Below, one piece after another: positions 7,552 to 12,752 of a DNA stretch of 12,752 bases. The stretch is from positions 1 to 12,752 of the forward strand of contig JAYYJC010000030.1 of the NCBI GenBank assembly GCA_036146655.1, written 5' to 3'. A model generated the notes under the pieces. That model had not been told where the DNA came from and searched no databases. It saw only the letters and a list, made by a program, of their open reading frames with translations. Position 1 is the stretch's first letter; each line of letters opens with the position of its first letter. This stretch comes from Myxococcota bacterium (GTDB lineage: Bacteria; Myxococcota_A; UBA796). The translations under genes and the position numbers were made by a program.

Positions 7552-7576
7552 AGACCATTTGGAACAGGTCTTTTTG
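7552..7576 (+). terminator. Hairpin AGACC-ATTTGGAACA-GGTCT followed by TTTTT (terminator-like, or operator-like inverted repeat)
   Basis: A 5-bp stem and 10-nt loop followed by a run of five T (7571-7575). It lies 32 nt upstream of the SPFH-gene ATG. The stem is short, so intrinsic-terminator strength would be modest. Confidence 0.35.
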
Positions 7577-7597
7577 TCATCAACCTATAAGCATCAC

Positions 7598-7602
7598 AGG
7601 AG
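7598..7602 (+). promoter_or_regulatory. Shine-Dalgarno AGGAG for the SPFH gene
   Basis: 'cacAGGAGtaattATG' places the AGGAG 5 nt upstream of the ATG at 7608. Confidence 0.8.
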
Positions 7603-7607
7603 TAATT

Positions 7608-8939
7608 ATGAGCATTTGGGATAGAATCACCGGACAAGCATCCGCCCAGTTTTTGGATGTTATCGAATGGTCCGAACAGAACAATCAAACCATTCTCTTC
7701 AAGTTTCCAATTCACGATCAAGCCATCACTGATGGTTCGAAGTTGACCGTTCGACCTGGGCAAAGTGCAGTGTTTGTCCACGAGGGTCAAATGTCAGGTG
7801 TCTTTGATGAAGGGATGCACGAACTCAATACCAACAATGCCCCGATTACATCATTTTTCAACACCATTGCCTATGGTTTTAATAATCCCTACAAAGGTGA
7901 CATCTTTTTCGTCTCTCGACGCACCTTTTCTGACCAAAAATGGGGAACGCCTGGTGCCATCCCAATGACTGATCCACAGTTTGGTATGGTCAATCTTAGG
8001 GCATTTGGCTCGTTTGAGTACCGTGTGACTCGGCCTGATGTTTTACTTCGAGAGTTGGTTGGCAATTTGGGTTTGTACACCACTGAAGACATCAATGGCA
8101 CTCTTAAACGCAAATTGGCTTCTGCATTTGTGGATGCTGTGGCTGAAGCAGAAATTCCTTTCCTTAAGTTGGCTCGACAATACAACGAGCTTGGAGAGGC
8201 CCTTGTGGAAAGCATGTCGCAAAAATTCCAAGACAAGTATGGGATTGCCATTACAGATTTTATTGTCGAGCGAATTTCATTACCACCTGAAGTCGAAAAA
8301 ATGATGAACAAAGTCACTTCGATGAACATGGTCGGAGACATGAATCGTTTCACGCAATTCCAATCTGCCAATGCCATTGAATCCGCAGCCAACAATCCTG
8401 GAGGCGGCAACTCTATGATGAATGCGGGTGTTGGACTTGCCATGGGACAAATGATGGGCAACGCAATGGGGCAAGGCATGACTCAATCACCATCTGCAAC
8501 ACCCCCACCCGCACCCACTTCAACAGTTCATTACAATGGTTCAGCAGGAGAGGGGCAATTCTCTGCCCAAGAAATCGCCAATAAAATCGCAGCAAACCAG
8601 AATGGGACCCACAACATTTGGGCAAATGGTTGGCCGGGTTGGAAGTCTTGGAAAGAAGTGCCCGAAATCGCCAGTTTGGTTCAAGTGGCCCCCCCTCCGC
8701 CGCCAGCGTCTGGAGAAGATGTGGTGTTCCATTACAATGGTCCGGAGGGTCAGAGTCAGCTTCCAGCATCTCAAATCGCAGCCAAGGTCAAATCCAGTCC
8801 CGAAGCCAATCACCTTGTGTGGAAAGAAGGTTTTGACAATTGGAAACCTGCTTCTGAGGTTGCGGAGATACAGGCCAAACTCAATGCGGGAGGCCCTCCG
8901 CCTTTGCCTGGAGCAGGCGGACCTCCTCCGATACCATAA
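7608..8939 (+). CDS. SPFH (band-7/stomatin-prohibitin-flotillin-HflK/C) domain protein of the YdjI-like subfamily, fused to two C-terminal GYF-like (DUF4339-type) repeats and Pro-rich linkers
   Basis: The N-terminus 'MSIWDRITGQASAQFLDVIEWSEQNNQTILFKFP...KLTVRPGQSAVFVHEGQMSGVFDEG' closely matches the Bacillus YdjI-type SPFH proteins ('...VVEWEE..IFYKW...IRPGQDAVFLNNG'). A Gly/Met-rich low-complexity linker follows. Two ~50-aa repeats follow, 'VHYNGSAGEGQFSAQEIANKIAANQNGTHNIWANGWPGWKSWKEVPEIASL' (8523-8678) and 'VFHYNGPEGQSQLPASQIAAKVKSSPEANHLVWKEGFDNWKPASEVAEIQAKL' (8724-8882). These are separated by PPPPP and tailed by 'GGPPPLPGAGGPPPIP'. A strong SD precedes the start. Confidence 0.85.
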   Translation: MSIWDRITGQASAQFLDVIEWSEQNNQTILFKFPIHDQAITDGSKLTVRPGQSAVFVHEGQMSGVFDEGMHELNTNNAPITSFFNTIAYGFNNPYKGDIFFVSRRTFSDQKWGTPGAIPMTDPQFGMVNLRAFGSFEYRVTRPDVLLRELVGNLGLYTTEDINGTLKRKLASAFVDAVAEAEIPFLKLARQYNELGEALVESMSQKFQDKYGIAITDFIVERISLPPEVEKMMNKVTSMNMVGDMNRFTQFQSANAIESAANNPGGGNSMMNAGVGLAMGQMMGNAMGQGMTQSPSATPPPAPTSTVHYNGSAGEGQFSAQEIANKIAANQNGTHNIWANGWPGWKSWKEVPEIASLVQVAPPPPPASGEDVVFHYNGPEGQSQLPASQIAAKVKSSPEANHLVWKEGFDNWKPASEVAEIQAKLNAGGPPPLPGAGGPPPIP

Positions 8940-8994
8940 ATCATCTGTACAGGTGCGCTACTCACGGCGTTAAAGCCGCGAGGACTGCATACAA

Positions 8995-9975
8995 CTATTC
9001 AGCGGTTAAGGTGCGGGCACATCGAAATCCCAACCCATTACTGGTGGCATCAAACGGCTCTGGTATCCGAAAGAATGTTTGCAAGTCGCCTGCTCCAGTT
9101 GCGTGGTTTCCACCACGGGCGGTTGCTGCTTCAAAGCTATTTCCGCCTGGGTCTTCGAAAAATCCATAGTCTGGTCCCTGAGGGTCACTGTCTGGAGAGT
9201 TGGCATAATAGTCAACCAAAAACCAGTCGGAGACCCACTCGGCAAGGTTTCCACCCATGTCGTAGAGACCGTATGGAGACCGACCTTCGGGGTATGATTT
9301 CACGGGAGTTGTGTCCCCAACGCACTGAGAATTGACGGTTCCAAAGTTGGCCAGCTCACAGTCGGGTGGGATTTCTCCCCATGGATACCACAAGCCATTT
9401 TCACCTCGGGCGCCCTTTTCCCATTCCGCTTCGGTTGGAAGCCGTTGTCCTTTCCATTCACAATAGGCAATTCCAGACCAACGCCACACCTCATTTACGG
9501 GGTGCTGTGCATATCCGGATTGGATGCTGTAGCTTCCATCCGGCTCTTCAATAATTCGTTCGGGATATTGATCGTCGTTGTCTTCAAAATCAAAGAGGAG
9601 ATTGCCGTCATCATCTCGGTTGGGGCTCCCAATCTCTGAACGGTGAACCATAAAGTCAACAAAATCTTCATTGGTGACTTCGGTCACATCCATGCAATAA
9701 TCAGAGAGATAAATTTCACGAATGGGACCTGCACCTGGGGCAATGTCATCACCTCTGGTAAATACCCCAGCTGGTATCCATCGTTCTGTTTCAGGCGTGA
9801 CCGCAGGATCCGTATCATCGCAATCTGCGATGGTGTAGTCTGTGGTTGTTCGCCAATCAGGATAACCGTCTCCATCATAGTCATTGGGATCTACAATGGA
9901 GCCACCTGTATCTGACTGTGCTGAGTCTTGGGGTTTTGAACTTGTGCCGCAGGCTAATAAAATATAATAAAACAT
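8995..9975 (-). CDS. Formylglycine-generating-enzyme (FGE-sulfatase/SUMF1) family lipoprotein with an N-terminal MopE-like metal-binding motif
   Basis: The N-terminus 'MFYYILLACGTSS' carries a canonical L-L-A-C lipobox. 'DPNDYDGDGYPDWRTTTDYTIADCDDTDPAVTP' (9793-9891) matches the DGDG...DCDDxDxxxxP 'putative metal-binding motif' of MopE-like repeats. Hallmarks of the FGE-sulfatase domain are 'RLPTEAEWEKGARG', 'YPWGE', 'GLYDMGGNLAEWVSDW' and the C-terminal 'GFRCAR'. A stop lies two codons upstream of the ATG. A TATAAT-like hexamer (plus-strand 'attata' at 9981-9986) sits only 5 nt upstream of the ATG. Confidence 0.85.
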   Translation of the reverse strand: MFYYILLACGTSSKPQDSAQSDTGGSIVDPNDYDGDGYPDWRTTTDYTIADCDDTDPAVTPETERWIPAGVFTRGDDIAPGAGPIREIYLSDYCMDVTEVTNEDFVDFMVHRSEIGSPNRDDDGNLLFDFEDNDDQYPERIIEEPDGSYSIQSGYAQHPVNEVWRWSGIAYCEWKGQRLPTEAEWEKGARGENGLWYPWGEIPPDCELANFGTVNSQCVGDTTPVKSYPEGRSPYGLYDMGGNLAEWVSDWFLVDYYANSPDSDPQGPDYGFFEDPGGNSFEAATARGGNHATGAGDLQTFFRIPEPFDATSNGLGFRCARTLTAE

Positions 9976-10081
9976 GACTTATTATACACGAGCCCCTTTT
10001 CAGACGCAACATCACCATGTCTGTTGGATTTGTGATTGAAATAAGGATGACAAGCCCTGTTTTGGGTTTAAATACAAGTCT

Positions 10082-11767
10082 ATGCGTTCATACATTTCTC
10101 GTTTGCTTCAAACCAGTTTACTGTGTCACCTTGTACTTTGTGTTGGGGGACAAGGAACTGTATTTGCAGCAAAGCCTGTTCAACTCAGTCAAGCTCAAAT
10201 AATTGAGGACCTTGCGCAACTTGATGAACTTGTGACAGAAAATCATCCCAATCCATTTGTTCATTCATCTGAGCATTCGTATGCAGAGCAACTGCGTTTG
10301 GTGGAGCTTCAATTTGAAAATGGGGGAACACCCACAGAGTTTTACGCTGCAACCGCTCCCATTATAGCGGCTCTTCAAGATGTACATACACGGTTGCTTC
10401 CGTCTAATCAAGGAACGCATCAGTTGCCGTTTCACTTGGTGAATGCACCCAATCAAAATTACCTGCCTGTGTCTCCAATCGCCATCAGAGCATTGCCTCA
10501 AGATGGCCATTTGCTCGAGATCAATGGTTGGCGGGTATCAACGATGCTGTCTGAGATTCTAGATGGGGTCAGTGGCGCTCAGATGAAGTACCGAGAGGCG
10601 TATCTCGATGCCCATTTGGTGGATTACTTGAACCGTTACACCAGTTGGGGGCCTTCTGTAGATTTGACATTTTGCATTCCAGTGTCGAGCCCGTTGCTTG
10701 ACTCAGCCACTGCGAATAATCCACTTTCATGTGAGTATAATGGTCGAGATGGTTATCTCGAGTACATCAATATCCCCACCTTGCCAATTGAAAATACATT
10801 CATCGAGCTTGCCAATCGAGGTCTCTCAGTGCTCGATATTCAAGGGCTCTCGTTTGAACCCAGTGCGCAAAAGACAGGCCGTGAGTTGATGGTGGTTTCA
10901 AGTGTGGACCCGATTCTGCAGCCTGCTGATATTATTATGGAAGTCAATGGAACTCCAATTCAATTCAATGACATTGAGCCGCTTAACGGTTCAAATGAAG
11001 AGATTGAACTGTTGATTCTTAGAAATAAAGCCCAAATCACTGTACAACTTTCAGAGATGCCTTTTCCGCCCCGTTCGCCGTTTGATTATGAACCCATTTC
11101 TCCGGATGTCATGCGTTTAAATATTTGGCGATTTGAGGATCAAGAAGCATTTAAGGTCCTTCTAGATGAAATGTTTGAGAGGATGCGCAAGCGGGGACAA
11201 GGGCAATTGGTCATTGACCTCCGCGAGAGTGAAGGTGCGCATTCTGCGCTAATAAATACCTTTTACGCCTATGTCGCAGATGCACCAATGAGTCCATATT
11301 CATACCGTGAAGTTCGTCGCAATTTGGCATTGAAGAAGGAGCGACCTGGGCTACACTTTGTGCTCCCCATGATTTACCCTTGGAAGGTTGAGGGGCAATC
11401 AAATGTGTATCGGATACCTTTTAAACCCAAACCGCCATTTGAGCGTTCTCGTCGGTTTCGTGGTGATATTATAGTGCTCACAAGCGTGGACACACTTTCA
11501 ACGGCAGCGTCATTTGCGGCGGTGCTGTCTGATTATGATAGGGCATTGTTGATTGGAGAAGAAACGGGTGGTGCTGCTTGCCCAACAGGTGGCGTGCTGT
11601 CATTTACCTTGAAGCACACACAACTTGAAGGACAGGTCAGTCGATTCATTTATGGGCGCCCGTCTGGGATTTGTCGAGAAGGTGGAGTTGAGCCCAATCG
11701 GGCAGTCGACCCAGTTGACGCCCTCGATACCGCAGTAGACATTTTGTATCTAAAACGGGCAGATTAG
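10082..11767 (+). CDS. S41 family peptidase (C-terminal processing / tail-specific protease-like) with signal peptide and PDZ domain
   Basis: Signal peptide 'MRSYISRLLQTSLLCHLVLCVGGQGTVFA/AKP'. A PDZ-like segment 'RELMVVSSVDPILQPADIIMEVNGTPI' is present. The S41 core shows 'QLVIDLRESEGAHSALINTF' and 'DIIVLTSVDTLSTAASFAAVLSDYDRALLIGEETGG' (Ser...Lys dyad context). This is the first ATG after an in-frame TGA at 10037, and no obvious SD is present. Confidence 0.8.
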   Translation: MRSYISRLLQTSLLCHLVLCVGGQGTVFAAKPVQLSQAQIIEDLAQLDELVTENHPNPFVHSSEHSYAEQLRLVELQFENGGTPTEFYAATAPIIAALQDVHTRLLPSNQGTHQLPFHLVNAPNQNYLPVSPIAIRALPQDGHLLEINGWRVSTMLSEILDGVSGAQMKYREAYLDAHLVDYLNRYTSWGPSVDLTFCIPVSSPLLDSATANNPLSCEYNGRDGYLEYINIPTLPIENTFIELANRGLSVLDIQGLSFEPSAQKTGRELMVVSSVDPILQPADIIMEVNGTPIQFNDIEPLNGSNEEIELLILRNKAQITVQLSEMPFPPRSPFDYEPISPDVMRLNIWRFEDQEAFKVLLDEMFERMRKRGQGQLVIDLRESEGAHSALINTFYAYVADAPMSPYSYREVRRNLALKKERPGLHFVLPMIYPWKVEGQSNVYRIPFKPKPPFERSRRFRGDIIVLTSVDTLSTAASFAAVLSDYDRALLIGEETGGAACPTGGVLSFTLKHTQLEGQVSRFIYGRPSGICREGGVEPNRAVDPVDALDTAVDILYLKRAD

Positions 11768-11794
11768 GCACTGCCTGATGTGTGTGCAACGGAA

Positions 11795-12730
11795 CTATCG
11801 TAAAACATCCACAATCGAAAAGAACCCGCGTTCTGAGTCGATGAGATATGCAAATCCTCTGTCCACGACCACATCGGTGGGTTTTTCAGTGCGATTGAGC
11901 GAAATTTCCATGATTTCTGTAAGTACACCGGCTTGATCCATGCTTAAAATTGAGAGTTGCTCTGATGAAGCCACATACACTGTGGTGTCTAAGGAGTGAA
12001 CGGCTCGGGCTTCTCCCAATGGTGGCCAATTGCTGCGCAAGTCCAGCTGTGAGTCGTATGATTTCAGTCCATTGTCTCCAGTGGCATGAAGAATAAATTG
12101 GGAATCAGTGATATGAACATCAAAGATGTCAGTTGGGCTGATACTCGGTTCAGTAACAAGCGCACCCGAGTTCAAATCGATGTGGTGCAATGCGCCATCT
12201 TCTGTTGTGAAGGCCACACCATCGGGGGAACAGGCAATCCGTTGAATGGTGGGTGAGAGTTCAATGGGCCACTCTTTGATGGGAATTAAGGTTCCATTGC
12301 CAAATTCGATTTCTATAATCGTGGGTGGAGAGGTTCTCAATGCAAGCACCGCACTGGTCTCTCCAGGGCGCCATGCGGCATCAATAATGGGATCTGTGGT
12401 GTCCCATTTGTGGGTGATTGCCAGGGTGTTGAGATCCCGAACCTCTAAACCAAGTGTTGTTGCAACAAAGAGCCGATCACCGTAGTTAAAGATCCCCTTT
12501 GGTTCTGTTTCAAGTTCAATGGTATTTTCCAAAATGGGTGCATCTCTTCGAGCGACATCAAATACTCGAACCTTCTGGTCTCGACTGGTCACAAAAATAC
12601 GACCAGGCATGGCCAATAAGTCTTCAGGCTGGTTCAAAACAGAATGGTAGATTATGCGACCGTCATCCGAGCCAGTATCACCAAAACGCTTTTCACTGGT
12701 CCAAAGACAAGCCAATAAAAAGATGGGCAT
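11795..12730 (-). CDS. LVIVD-repeat beta-propeller lipoprotein (hypothetical); start possibly upstream of window
   Basis: Repeated 'YAYvad..GLvIvDv'-type units appear as 'GDRLFVATTLGLEVRDLNT', 'TVYVASSEQLSILSMDQAG' and 'GFAYLIDSERGFFSIVDV'. The N-terminus 'MPIFLLACLWTSEK' has an L-L-A-C lipobox. The reading frame stays open from 12730 to the window end (upstream '...HQRSLLV-MPIFLLAC'), so the real start may lie beyond 12752. Confidence 0.6.
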   Translation of the reverse strand: MPIFLLACLWTSEKRFGDTGSDDGRIIYHSVLNQPEDLLAMPGRIFVTSRDQKVRVFDVARRDAPILENTIELETEPKGIFNYGDRLFVATTLGLEVRDLNTLAITHKWDTTDPIIDAAWRPGETSAVLALRTSPPTIIEIEFGNGTLIPIKEWPIELSPTIQRIACSPDGVAFTTEDGALHHIDLNSGALVTEPSISPTDIFDVHITDSQFILHATGDNGLKSYDSQLDLRSNWPPLGEARAVHSLDTTVYVASSEQLSILSMDQAGVLTEIMEISLNRTEKPTDVVVDRGFAYLIDSERGFFSIVDVLR

Positions 12731-12752
12731 GACTAGAAGGCTTCGCTGGTGT

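Noticed and set aside
7889-8479. 196-aa minus-strand ORF inside the SPFH gene, plus other 60-120-aa ORFs overlapping it (8038-8304, 8280-8486, 8413-8769, 8536-8973, 8541-8813)
   Set aside because: All lie within a gene with strong family homology and a strong SD on the plus strand. None has a convincing RBS or domain, so they are most likely spurious.
8940-8994. Convergent intergenic region between the SPFH and FGE genes as a bidirectional intrinsic terminator
   Set aside because: Only a weak 4-bp stem (CGGC-gttaaa-GCCG) is present and there are no flanking T/A runs, so the evidence is insufficient to call a terminator.
10017-10202. 61-aa ORF in the FGE/S41 intergenic region overlapping the S41 start
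   Set aside because: It is very hydrophobic and short, and it overlaps the S41 signal-peptide region in another frame. Only a weak 'aagga' lies 4 nt upstream. There is no evidence that it is a real small protein.
1-12752. Mobile elements, tRNA/rRNA genes, prophage or integrase signatures
   Set aside because: No transposase, integrase or recombinase-like ORFs are present, and no long inverted terminal repeats. The intergenic regions are all 117 bp or shorter and lack tRNA-like T-arm motifs.

Overview
This 12.75 kb window looks like bacterial chromosomal DNA with roughly 45-50% GC by eye. Shine-Dalgarno sites are readable (AGGAG before 7608, GAGGT before 1637). Ten protein genes are packed tightly with no RNA genes, CRISPR array or mobile-element signatures. 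The content is dominated by secreted or cell-envelope proteins. From 1 to 380 (+) lies the 3' part of an isochorismatase-family hydrolase. From 6656 down to 390 runs a four-gene minus-strand cluster. It encodes an S8 subtilase with no N-terminal signal peptide but a Gly/Cys-rich, hydrophobic, basic C-terminal tail; a 837-aa FG-GAP beta-propeller lipoprotein with an embedded Cys-rich module; an NAD-dependent epimerase/SDR gene translationally coupled to it; and a very acidic Trp/Tyr/Asp-rich lipoprotein. On the plus strand follow a degenerate MBL-fold protein, a 117-bp structured intergenic region and a YdjI-like SPFH protein fused to two GYF-like repeats. The intergenic region holds two hairpins, three perfect tandem 10-mers AGACCTCAAA, a fourth AGACC half-site and an inverted GGTCT. 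Downstream lie an FGE-sulfatase (SUMF1-like) lipoprotein with a MopE-like DGDG...DCDDTDP metal-binding motif, an S41 C-terminal-processing peptidase and an LVIVD-repeat beta-propeller lipoprotein. Three of the four predicted lipoproteins have short signal peptides with no basic n-region; the fourth ORF stays open to the window edge, so its true start is unresolved. The protease, lipoprotein, MopE-motif and C-terminal sorting-tail content suggests a Myxococcota/Bdellovibrionota-like (predatory or surface-active) lineage, but this is inference. The most unusual element is the S8 / FG-GAP / epimerase / acidic-lipoprotein cluster with its atypical sorting signals. The iteron-like repeat array upstream of the SPFH gene is the other feature most worth checking.
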